Below the pieces are notes generated by a model. That model saw only the letters and a list, made by a program, of their open reading frames with translations, did no database searches and was not told the DNA's origin. This document shows positions 53,116 to 64,000 of a DNA stretch of 64,000 nucleotides, piece after piece (the first letter of the stretch is position 1; every line of letters begins with the position of its first letter). Position numbers and translations under genes: made by a program. The DNA comes from Chiloscyllium plagiosum (taxonomy: Eukaryota): the NCBI RefSeq assembly GCF_004010195.1, contig NC_057718.1, forward strand, positions 51,654,373-51,718,372, in the 5' to 3' direction.

Positions 53116-53344
53116 TCCATTTAAACAGCCCATTAAAATCTCACAGGTTAGCTCCTGATTAATTTTGATTGGTTGTGCTCCGCTTCTGAGTATCCTTGAT
53201 ACTTTGTGTATTTTTTTTAATGTCTGCAGGGACAGATGTGCTGACAGACTTTGTCTTGACCTCTAACCTTTCGCACTAACAGCTTCTGCCAAATTTGCTG
53301 CAAAGGTAGACATTGAAATACAACCCGGCAGGGTGTCTGATCAG

Positions 53345-53640
53345 GAAGCATGCAGAGCAGGGTGAGAAGGAAGAGGATGGAGTTTTCACCTAAAGATAAT
53401 ATCTATCAAGGGTGTTCTACCTGTGCTTCCTGTGTACCAATGTTTGAAACATCTGTACTTCACTTCCGATTTTGTTACTGAGACCGGCCAAGTACTGAAG
53501 CCAGGATTGCAATCTGCGAGCAGGCAAGGCTGCAAAGGCTGCATTCTTAATGGCTGCGGGGACCACAGACATTTCACACATCTGGCTAGTTCCAGGCTGG
53601 AATTGGCAATATTTGGCTGCTGACTTTCTGTGGAGGTGGT
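53345..53640 (+). pseudogene. Harbinger (HARBI1-like) transposase N-terminal fossil
   Basis: QCLKHLYFTSDFVTETGQVLKPGLQSASR (cf. QC.RRLRF.K..VTE.C.LL..DLQ), then in another frame TSG*FQAGIGNI (cf. FYASGSFQ...GD). Confidence 0.55.
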
Positions 53641-54295
53641 TGAAGAAGGCATTATTATCCTCTAAATTGATGCAGTCAATGTCTGAGTAGGTGTGACTGA
53701 TGGTTAAGTGAGTGACCATGTTACTTTACAGTCACTTTTGGCTCTTCCATTACCTCCTAGCCAGGTCTTGGCTGCTTGAAAAGGTAATATTGAATTGAAG
53801 TGGAATAGGACGAGAGAAGGAAGGGTTGCAAGCTTCCACCATCCATAGCTTGAAAATCAGAACAGACCGTTGGATGAGCCATCTATATATGAGGCTCAAA
53901 CTTGATTCATTTCAGTGTCACAATATAACAATGAGTGGGGACTGTGTGCAGCAATTCTCTATCTAAGGCTAATTATTTGGGTTGTGTTTATTAAGTGCAG
54001 TAGGACAGGCTGTCAAAAACTCAAGTATAGAAGAGTCAAAATAAAGGAGTCGATGAAGTAGTGAGACTTCCTCGATTGGTCTCCATGGTAGTATACCAGG
54101 TCTAGATGCAATCGTGGAGGTTGAAGAGTCTTCAGATTTTGAGAAGATGATAGCCATCCTCCAGGCAGGCAGGACCTGAAGGAACAGACTTGGAGCTCCA
54201 TGCTCAGATACAACAGCAGTCGCTGGTGGGGATGGGTGGTCCCTGACTCTCAGACCACTATATATATGCTTAGACAATTAACATGCACCACCTGC

Positions 54296-55190
54296 TTCTT
54301 TTTTTTCAATCCCCACACTACTGCCATACAGCAGTATTCTGCCACCAGAAAAACACCCATGCAACCAGGGAACCATTAGGGGCAATACTAAAATGAAAGA
54401 AAAAATGAAAGGGAGAGCAGGGATCAAATCAAAATAGAATTGGAGAGGGAAATAAAGCACTTCACCTTTGTCACCTACCACCCCCCACCCTAACCTGGTG
54501 CCCACCTCCCCCCAAAGGCATCTATGTTGGTGGACATTGTATGTTCCCTCTTCAAGGACACCTAGACTAGAACATAACTAGGGAAGAGGAGTAGACAGTC
54601 AGCTGAAATGACCCCCCACCGCCCCATGCTCTGCTGCCTAGACCTGTTTATAGTGAGCCTGGCCAAGCTCAGGAGCAGACCCATGAGGAGATCCTCTGAC
54701 CTGCCTGCACTCCTCTGCACCGGGTGCTCAAGGATGAGGTGTATGAGGCTGAAGTGCAACCCAAAGCAGAGCAGAAGGCCATTCAGGTAACTAAAAAGGG
54801 AGTGCAAATGCCCACAACCAATGTACACGTGGTCTGTAACATACCTGTGGTTACAGGGTACTGCTGCATTCAACATCCCCCACCCCATTCCCTGAGAGAA
54901 AGAGGGAGGCCTCCCACATAGTGACCTCTCCACTGGGGATTGCCACCGCTGGTGGTAAATGGACAAGCCAAAGTGTCTCCGGGCGGTGGATAAAGGAGAA
55001 GAGGTGGATAGTGTGCTGCAGTGATCTGTACAGAGCCCGCTATCTAACTTCCCTAAAGGACACACAACAGCAGCTCAGGTTGTGGGGCACAGACGCCTGG
55101 AGGAAGTATGGGATCCTGGGGCCAATGTGAAATTCCGTCCAGGCAGAGGTACGCTCAGATGGATTCCACTGCTCACCTGAGCCTGCTTCT
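54296..55190 (-). mobile_element. Tx1-clade LINE 3' portion
   Basis: ORF 54562-55065 reads VTDHVYIGCGHLHSLFSYLNGLLLCFGLHFS...EDLLMGLLLSLARLTINRSR...ADCLLLF, like the Tx1 ORF2 C-terminal Zn-binding region. Confidence 0.7.
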
Positions 55191-56032
55191 TCTTAATCTT
55201 AAATAACATTGTTAATGAAGGTTAGGTTTTAGGATAGATCAATCTCAATGGATTCAGCTTCCCCATTGGCCACAGGCTCACTAATAACCATTCTAATGGT
55301 GATCAGCATCATCTCTGCCAAGGAAATAAGAGGGAACTGTACCCAATTAATTTGGGAACACTTGTATTAATGTAACACACTTTGATTTATGAAACAAAAT
55401 GTAATATTGTATACATTTTTAATATATACTATGATGATGTAATGTATATACAGGTATTTTTATATAATTAGAGTTTGAATTTTGAACTAGTGGCAAGTGG
55501 AATTCGGTCTGTATGGATATGAAGCAGTTTAATGATTAGCTTTTAAGTATTTCTGTAGTCACAGAGACTTTATTTTAGAAAGTCCTTGTAGGGGAATGAT
55601 CTTTGTGCATGAATAAATGAAACAGTGTAACACATCAGCTATAAAAACACAGACTGTTGTATAGCTTTTGGCTTAACGGAAACATGATATTTTGAAAAGT
55701 ATTTTAGTTTGAGCTTTGCACAGGTCCTGCTTGAAACCTGCTGTGTAAAACAGTGGCTCCAAAAATAAAGAAAATAGTTCAGAATTGTTAAGAAATAGAT
55801 TCATACAGTATTAACAGTTTGTGTTGAAAGCTTTAGGCCAAAAATGCTTGGTTTAAAGAGTGAAGGTTTAATTTGAAGCTGCAAAAATCTAATCTCAGTT
55901 CTTTGAAGACATGAGAAAGAAGCTATCAGATTCTCAAGACTGGGAACTGAAGTATCCATTAAGTTAAAATCTATGGGGCAGACACTTGTAAAAGCTCAAT
56001 ATTGATTATTAAATGCCTTGTTAATGACACAA

Positions 56033-56159
56033 TTCCTGATAAAGGGCTTTTGCCCTAAACATTGATTTTCCTGCTCCTTAGATGCTGCCTGACCTGCTGT
56101 GCTTTTCCAGCACCACTCTAATCTTGACTCTAATCTCCAGCATCTGCATTATCCAAATC
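56033..56159 (+). mobile_element. PLE-tail insertion with a 19-bp TSD
   Basis: tgccttgtta(a/t)tgacacaa at 56014-56032 and 56160-56178. Confidence 0.85.
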
Positions 56160-56514
56160 TGCCTTGTTATTGACACAAGACAGCTCATAAATATTCAGAC
56201 TCTCCTCTCACCAAACTTGCCAAACAAACTGGATGTCAGGAAAACTTGACAAGGAAACCACAGTGCCTTCCTAGCAGATTCAGATTGCTGCTTGCTCTGT
56301 ATCATATTGGACACCAATATCTCAAGGGATGTTGCACGGGCATTGGCCATACACACCACATATCCATAGATATTGGCATCTGACATTTACCAACTTTTAA
56401 GAATGACATATCTCCAATCCACTTACAGGATGCTTCTGCACTTCAATGCTGCCCCTCAGGTTACACCAGCAACTACCACTGTAATGTTGCAGCATGGACA
56501 CTGTACTGAGACAT

Positions 56515-56652
56515 GCCCCCTCCCATTTATCTCTCCACCCCAGAGGTTCCCAACCTCATTTCTGATGAAGGGTTTTTGCTGAAACGTCGATTTTCCGGCT
56601 CTTCGAATGCTGCCTGAACTGCTGTGCTTTTCTAGCACCACACTCTTGACTC
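56515..56652 (+). mobile_element. PLE-tail fragment with hammerhead motif
   Basis: CTGATGA-AGGGTTTTTGCT-GAAACGTC at 56562-56588; stem II is damaged. Confidence 0.75.
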
Positions 56653-56899
56653 AGGGACATGTACCCAGCTTGTGGACTGCATGTACCCTCTTTGGGCTCT
56701 TTGTTCACTGTCATAGAACTCACTCACTTTGTCTTAACCTGGATGCTCTCAGCATCCCCGCCTTCTAATTTTTTGTCTTTCCATTTTGTCCTTTTCCCCC
56801 TCAGTCAGGAATATCATGCTCATATTGCCATTGTCTGGCCTTTCCCTTCAGCATAGACATGAAGCCAGGAAGTATGGCATGCTTGGCAGCAGGCCTTCA

Positions 56900-57800
56900 C
56901 TTAGGTGGTCCTGGAACAGTAAGCCAAGCGTGGTCTCCGATACCAGTCCAGACCGTGCTAGGGATAGTCAATGTCAGAATAACCTCCTCAAAAGGGTGAA
57001 AAGCTGAATGATGGGCAGCCCAAAACCAGCTGTGAGATTGTTTTTGCCCTACTGTGGACTGTTATCTTCATGGAATAAGACAAGTCATATGGAAGATGAA
57101 AGTGGGTCTGCTATTACTGATGGTGCACATGGGCAGGTGTCACAAATATGTGAGTAGACAGTGCATAGGGCTACAGGGTTAGTGCTGTCAGGTTGAAGTG
57201 AATGTGGGCCATTGGGAAGAGTTGCAAACATGAATCACAGTGATACAATATGACTCTGGGTAGGAGCTGAAAATTTGTTGTTGGAAAAGCGCAGGAGGTC
57301 AGGCAGCATCCAAAGAGCAGGAGAATTGAGTTTCGGGATGTGCCCTTCTTCAGGAATGATTCCTGAAGAAGGGCTCATGCCTGAAACATCGATTCTCCTG
57401 CTCCTTAGATGCTGCCTGACCTGCTGCGCTTTTCCAGCAACACATTTTCAGCTCTGATCTCCAGCATCTGCAGTCCTCACTTTCTCCTAGACTCTGGGTA
57501 GGAGCTGGGTAAAGTAACAGAGACAGAGTGAGTGTGAGGTATTAGAGAGAAGATGGTCACACTTACCCTGGCAGAGTGGAGGAGAACAGTAATCTTCCTC
57601 CTACGGTGCAAACGTTTCCTCCAGATGGTTGAGAGTGCATTCACCCAACTGGCAACATCAGACCAGACTGGCATGGTCCAGTGTTGTGGCTCCACTGCTG
57701 ATCCTGGGGAACAGGAAGTCCCACATCAGCACCACTCCATCCAGGAGCACCTCCATGCAGTCCACAAAGGAGGGTGTTGAATTCCTGCTGTTGGTCACAC
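56900..57800 (-). pseudogene. Harbinger Myb/SANT-like gene fossil with two exons
   Basis: Exon 1 reads PSFVDCMEVLLDGV...FLFP / PVWSDVASWVNALS...RRKITVLLHSAR and ends at a GTAAGT donor (~57565). An exon 2-like segment at ~56970-57070 reads GFGLPIIQL and PFEEVILTL across a frameshift (cf. TGGG.P....LT.FEE). Confidence 0.6.
57270..57489. mobile_element. PLE-derived inverted-repeat element with an 18-bp TSD
   Basis: gactctgggtaggagctg at 57252-57269 and 57490-57507. Hammerhead-like CTGAAGA-AGGGCTCATGCCT-GAAACATC at 57363-57390. Confidence 0.88.
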
Positions 57801-58323
57801 CCAGGGCCAATCTCCTCGGAATGGCACGTGGCAAGACAGGGATGATATCAGACATGAGAAATGCCAAAGGAGCCTGGTAGCCATACAATGAGGCAAGTTT
57901 GATAAAGTAGGGTGAGAAACTCGCTCAGCCTTGCAGCAAGAAACCTCCAAAAGTATTGATGCTACATGGACTTTGCCAAAAAAATTCTAATGATGGGGAA
58001 ATTCTCTCTGGCGTGAGTACCATAAAGTGGTGCTGCTGGGATTAATAGGATTTCATTTTTACTGACTGTTATGAAATCTTTAAACTTTGTTTACAATTAG
58101 TTTGGTCGATTAGATTTTTATCATTTATTTTGCATAATAAACTTGCTTTATTGCTAAAACAGAATATGTAGCATTGTATGTTTGTGCTTCAGTGAAAAAC
58201 CACCTTGTTAAAACCAAGAAAACAAAACATGATCTATCAAGTCAGATTTCAATCTGGGATCTGACTTGTCTGGAAATAACATCAGCAAGGATCCATAACA
58301 ATACAAATTGATATTTGAGAATG

Positions 58324-58399
58324 GAGCCTGACCTGCTGCGCTTTTCCAGCAACACATTTTCAGCTCTGATCTCCAGCATCTGCAGTCCTCACTTTCTCC
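58324..58399 (+). mobile_element. PLE-tail insertion with a 15-bp TSD
   Basis: tgata(t/g)ttgagaatg at 58309-58323 and 58400-58414. Confidence 0.8.
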
Positions 58400-58699
58400 T
58401 GATAGTTGAGAATGTTGCTTTGGCAAAACCTATTTAAGTAATTTTCCCTCATCTTGAACATGTTTTTGTATTCATTTCTTCTTTCACATTCAGCTTAACC
58501 TCACCATCCTGACTTTTCTCCTCTCTTAAGTGGCACATTATTTGACATCCAATATCGCAAGATTAGAAATTCCCTCCAATTGAAGTGTCTGGTTCCCACT
58601 GAAGACTCCATTACATTCCATGCTTCAAACTTCATCCTTCTCCATGATGACTTTACAAAGTTGAATCGAACATTTCAGAACTTTGGTATCATGTTGATC

Positions 58700-59280
58700 C
58701 TGAAAAGAGATTCTAATTACATATTCATCCTACCACCAAGGCTCACTATTTCCACTTCCATAGCCTTGCCCAATTCTGACTCTGCCTCAGCTCAACTGCT
58801 GCTGAAACCACAATCCTTTCTTTTGTTAAGACTTGTTTTTTCCTACCTTCTACACTTAGTAAACTTGAAGATCTGGTTCCTAGAATCCTGTTCCACATGT
58901 ATTTGTTATCTCACATGAAGTAAATTCCATCATCAGACAGGTGCATATGGTCTAGAATTGGCTCCAGGTTCAATAAAGTCTTAATTTGAAATTCTAATCC
59001 TTGTTAACAAATCTCTTCATTCTTTCTCAAAACTCCAAGGTATCTGCTCTTCTAATATCATCTCCCGAGTATCCCTGATTTGTATTGTTTCACTAATGGC
59101 AACTATGCTTTTAGTTGACAAGATCCTCAAATTTGGAAATCACTCCAAAACATTACCTAATTTTAGCTTTCTTTCCTCCTGACTCCTGCGCATCTTATAT
59201 GATTCAATGTTAAATTTTGTTTGAGAAAGCTCAGAAATGATTCTTGGGACATTTGCTATACTAAACAGGCTATATACATT
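58700..59280 (+). mobile_element. Degenerate L2-like LINE 3' end
   Basis: ctgcctcagctcaactgctgctgaaacc...tttgaaattctaatccttgtt...ttcttgggacatttgctatactaaacaggctatata. Confidence 0.6.
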
Positions 59281-60039
59281 AATTATCCTAATTTGGCCTT
59301 GCTGTCCATTTCAATTTCTCCTACACTTTTTCTGTCTTATTTTCTTCTGACTCTAATGCATTTTCCTTGACACCTCCATATCTTTCTCTTTGTTTCTTTC
59401 TCATTCCTCTCCATCTTTTTAAACATGTCTTATTTCTCTGCTTGATTTCCAAACTCCAGCACACTTATATTTTTCTTTCTTCCTCTCTTCTATCCAAAAA
59501 ATCTCAAGAAATATGGTATTCATTATCATAAAATTCTTTAACATATTGTGTATGGAGACAGATTGAATTTTTCAACATTTGCTATTTCGATGACCAAATA
59601 ATTTCGTAGAAGTTGTGCCAAATGAAAAGATTTCCAAACATTATTACTATTATAAACATTTCTAAGCATTTATGGATTTGACGCTGTGCTTTATTTTGAA
59701 ATTCAATGGCTGTAGAGGAACAAAGTTAGTACAGATTAAATTACTTGTGCAGAGACTGGGAGGTCATGGACTTCAGAAAAATTGGAGATTTGCCAGGAGT
59801 GGATCAAAAAGCACATGAATGACAAAACAGGTAATGGCAAAAAGCAACCATATAGCATCAGATCTCAAGTAGTCAGCAAGATGGAGCCTGATAAAGGATA
59901 AAATAAGACTCCAGTGTAAGGGATTTAAAGACTAAGAAGCAGATCAGAGGATAGTGATGACTGAAGCTGAGGTCAGAAAACAGAAATAGTCGTATCAATA
60001 GTTTTATTGTTACTATTACCAAAACAACACCTTGCATTA

Positions 60040-60135
60040 TGAACAGGAAAACATAAATTGCTGGAGAAGCTCCAGGTCTGGCTGTGGGGAGAATGCCAAA
60101 TTAACATTTCAAGTCTAGTAACTCTTCATCAGAAC
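60040..60135 (-). mobile_element. Old PLE-tail fragment
   Basis: The minus strand reads CTGATGAAGAGTTACTAGACTTGAAATGTTA...CTCCAGCAATTT. Confidence 0.55.
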
Positions 60136-60649
60136 TTGTATTTATATATACGCTTCAAGGTTACAAAAATTCTTCAGTGATTTGATCAGTAAATAAAACT
60201 ACATCAGTCATAGTAGATGAATAAGAACATTTTTATCACTGATATTTGATCTTTTTCTTATCCTATTTTGATCTGAAAACAAATGCTCGCAAAATAACAG
60301 ACATTCATATTATGAAACTTCAAACACAAAAGTGAATTGACTAATTGTTTTCCCAACTTGCATGAGGTAAGTTGATAGCACTGCCGTATTTCCAAACAAC
60401 ATATTGCATTTTGATTATGACAGACTTAACATTTGGGAGTAATCTTGCCACCTCAATAAGTGAGCTTAACAAGTACAAATGCAAGGGTGGACTTACCCAA
60501 CCCGTTGTATTAAAAATGGTAGGAGTAGGTCAGCAACCTTTCAGCAATGTGTCATAAGGAAGTAGGTCAGAGGTCCACATGAAGATGTCCTGACCATTGC
60601 CTGTACCATTGTGAAAGTGAGTATGTCAGATAATTTTGAAAGAGTTGGG

Positions 60650-62600
60650 CTCGTCAGTTGTGGAAGACATCCTCGCAGCATTTACCCTGTCAAACCTCTT
60701 AATAATTATAAGTGTTTCAATAATCAATGTAAACTCTGGAGACTGTTGGTCTGATCTACTCAATCTCTGTTATTGGACATTTCATTAATTGGAGGAATCA
60801 GTCTGCTGAACCTTTGTTGCACTCTTTTTACATTAATTCTTTAGTAAGGAGATAAAGGCCATACACTGTACTCCAGACGCATTATCACAAAGCCTCATGA
60901 TCATCTTCACAATGTGTGGCTTATTGCACTCAGCCAACTATTAACTCTTTTCCATAAATCCTTGCATTAAATCTTGCTTATTCCATAGACTAGTACTTCT
61001 ATAAAAAAGGCAAATATTCCATTCATTTCCCAATTGCTTGCTGTATGATTTGTTTACAAATACATTCAAATCCCTTTGAATACCAGCATTTCTTAGTCTC
61101 CCTTCATTGATGCTTTGTGGGTTTTATTTTCTATATTTCCCACTGAAGTAGATAATTTCACATTTCTCCACATATCCTCTCTGCCACATGATCGCACAAT
61201 TACTCAACCTACGAAATTAATTTGCAATTTCTTTGTGTCATTTTTATGACTGACTTAATGTTGCAGTATCAGAAACTAAGATAGATAAATAGACAGGTAA
61301 TATTTGGTTTTCTCATCTATGGCATTGATGTAGATTGCAAGTGTCAAGTTCAAGAAATGACACATATGGTATCCTATTGGCTGCAAATCTGCAAAAAAAA
61401 AAGACTGCTTACTCCAACAATCTGTTTTCCATCAGTTAACCAGTCCTCAATGATAATATATTACCCTCAATCCCATAAAGACTAATTTTGCACAAGGGCC
61501 TCTGATGATGTTGCCTATTGAAAGCTTGCAGAAAGTCCATATGTTACCATATCTGCCAGTATCCATTATTCACCATATTGCTTAAAGTCTCAAAAAAAGC
61601 TGAAAAAAAGTTAGACTTGATGTCCCTTTCATAAAACCATGATCATTCTACTTTTCTCATATTTTAATTTTAACTACACTGGTAGCACATTCCTCGTAGT
61701 TTCTTGCATTTGCCTGCTATTGCTGTAAACTGGCCTATAGTTCTCCATTGGTTCTCTTCCACTTTTTATTAAATAGCTGAGATTAGGAACTGGCTGAGCA
61801 GGAATTATATCTATCTACTTTGTTATAGCTGTTCTAGGATTCTGGATATCTGGTTGACTGGCTTGCAGTTCCTTGATATCTTTTTCTCCCTTGAAAGATG
61901 GAATTATATTTATTATCTGCAAATCCACAGGGAAAATTTATTGATTCAGGGAATTTTGGAAGACAAAACAGTGCATCCTCTACCTCTATCCTTACCTTTT
62001 TTTTTGAAATGTTAAAGTAAGGCCACAGGTCGGGATGATTTATTGGTATCTAGTCCCTTTACTTTCTCCAGTTCTTTTTTATAAGCACAATCATCTTCAA
62101 ATTCTAATTTATATTTGTCATGTATGACTTCTAAAATGATTTTGTGCTTTCTACCAAGGTGGCAGATATAGATAATTTGTTACATGACTCTACAATTTCT
62201 ATATTCCACATTATAATTTCTTATGTCCCTAAGAGATTAATATGGACTCACATGTACTTTCTTCCTGAAAACTTAGAGATGCTTTTCAAATTTGTTTTTA
62301 TGTCCCAAGTTAATTTATTCATATTTCAAATATTTGCTTTATTAATTTCAAAATACTCCCAATCCTCATGCTTTTGGTGGCTGTAAGCCTTTCTCCATCT
62401 TTAACTTCTCTTGTTGGCCATAATTGCTCCATGTTTCCCATGGATATTTATTCCATGAGGAAATTTACAATCATTCCGAATTATGACTTAAAAGTTTCCT
62501 GGTGCCTATCTAATGTATAATTTTAATCCGCTTTCCTGATCCATTTTAGATAATTTGTTCATCATGTCTACACAGGTTCCTTTGTTAAGTTTTAAGATCT
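60650..62600 (-). mobile_element. Long, highly decayed CR1 LINE
   Basis: Reverse-complement CR1 RT signatures: cactgtactccag, atttcacatttctccaca, gtatcagaaact, cctattgaaagctt...gaaagtccat, ccctttcataaaaccatg and aaactggcctatagttc. Confidence 0.65.
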
Positions 62601-63269
62601 CAGTTTTATATTTAAAAATCATTCTCAAATTAAATACAATAATTTCTTTAACATGGTCCAAGGTTAGTACTACAATAGGTATTCTGGCTAAATTAGTATT
62701 TTAGATACAAAATAGTATGCTGCCTAGATGACAGATTTAAGTTCTTAACGATAACTGCATTACTTTAGTTTTACGTACCTCTAATTTCCCGATATATGCT
62801 CTTTGGAACACCATAATTATTTTTTGAAACCGTTAACTACCCCCAATATTATTTTCTGCTCCTTTTGTTTCTTAGCTTCACTCAAATTGAAAATGTATCT
62901 TAATGTTCCAAACTAAACTCCCTTTTCTGTATACTTTATTGCCTGGATCATGAACCGATTCCTCAGACTTCACCAAAATCTCTCCTATTCATTAGAGATT
63001 CCCATTTAATATCGACCTCTACTTTCTAATCATACCACAGCCGTTTTACAAAACATTTAATTCTATCATTTTGTAGACTTCTGACGTTATTTGTGCTTGT
63101 GAATGACTGCTTTCTTAATGCCTAGTTCATCCAAACAAATATGACAGAATCATCATTGCAACCTACCAAAGGGAGGCTTCAAGATAAACATAATCCTTCA
63201 GTTTCTGTTCTCTATTCCTTCTGATGATCTTTAATTTTATTTTTCTCCTTTGGAAAATTTGCTTATGGA

Positions 63270-63620
63270 ATGTAGATATCACTGGCTAGGCGAGCATTTA
63301 TTTTCCATTGTTAATTACTCTTGAGAAACTGGTGGTGTGCTACCTTCGTAAATCACGCAACCTTTGGGTGCAGAGATGCCAGAGTCCTGTTAAGAACGCA
63401 GATGCAAGATTTTAACCATGCCACCGTGAAGGAATGGAGTTATAGTTCCAAGTCAGGATAGTATGTGGTTTGATGGGGAACTTGCAGGTGGTGGTGTTCC
63501 TACATGTCTGTTGTCCTTGTCTGTCCACTGGTAGAGGTGGTAGGTTTTGAAATTCTTAAGTATTGTTGGAAGTGCACCTATCCAAGAAAGTGAAGACGTT
63601 TGTAGATGGTGAACAGGTGA
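63270..63620 (-). mobile_element. CR1/L2-group LINE 3' end
   Basis: gatatcactggctaggcgagcatttatt...ggggaacttgcaggtggtggtgttcc; the reverse of the 35370-35650 family. Confidence 0.7.
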
Positions 63621-64000
63621 TGGGGAGACTGATGCTAACCAGGTTAGCCTCTGTTGCCTTTTAAAAGTTAGTGCAAGAGTGATATGTTCAAGACTTCCAC
63701 GGCGTGAAATATTTCTTGGGCAAGAGCACAAAATGGTCCACAGCTAATCAGTAACTGACTTCACATTCTGACCGCATTTTCTTCCATTGACTGCACATTG
63801 GATTTCAATCTGAGTCCAATTTCATTCCCTTAACACTCCTCTTGTTTCCAGAAAAGTATACCTTTAGGTAAATATTTCAGGACAAGATTGTTATTTTATT
63901 GCGAGTAAGTAGTTACACAAGACATTGGATATTTAGGGTGCTGAATTTCCTTATCCAGCACCACTGTCCCTGATACTTCAAAGGTCTTGTGTTACTTTTC

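Overview
Eukaryotic, AT-rich, transposon-dominated window. HE1/V-SINEs with (AATCT)n tails, CR1/HER1-type LINE 3' ends and Penelope-derived inverted repeats point to a cartilaginous fish, probably a shark (inference). I cannot support any intact host protein-coding gene; the window reads as intronic or intergenic DNA with one 686-N gap. Main results: (1) a decayed Ty1/Copia LTR retrotransposon on the minus strand (~6925-10860) with a tRNA-iMet primer-binding site and gag-PR-INT-RT order, resembling GalEa-type Copia; (2) many Penelope-like element (PLE) tails carrying minimal hammerhead-ribozyme motifs, several as inverted pairs and several with 13-19 bp target duplications, one with an intact core (6200-6227); (3) a TA-flanked Tc1/mariner-type MITE holding a 31/32-bp minisatellite that becomes a 63-bp higher-order repeat; (4) PIF/Harbinger transposase and Myb/SANT fossils; (5) a speculative spliced transcript with a 35-aa transmembrane smORF. 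Family assignments come from my reading of motifs, not database searches. Boundaries of degenerate repeats are approximate (tens of bp).
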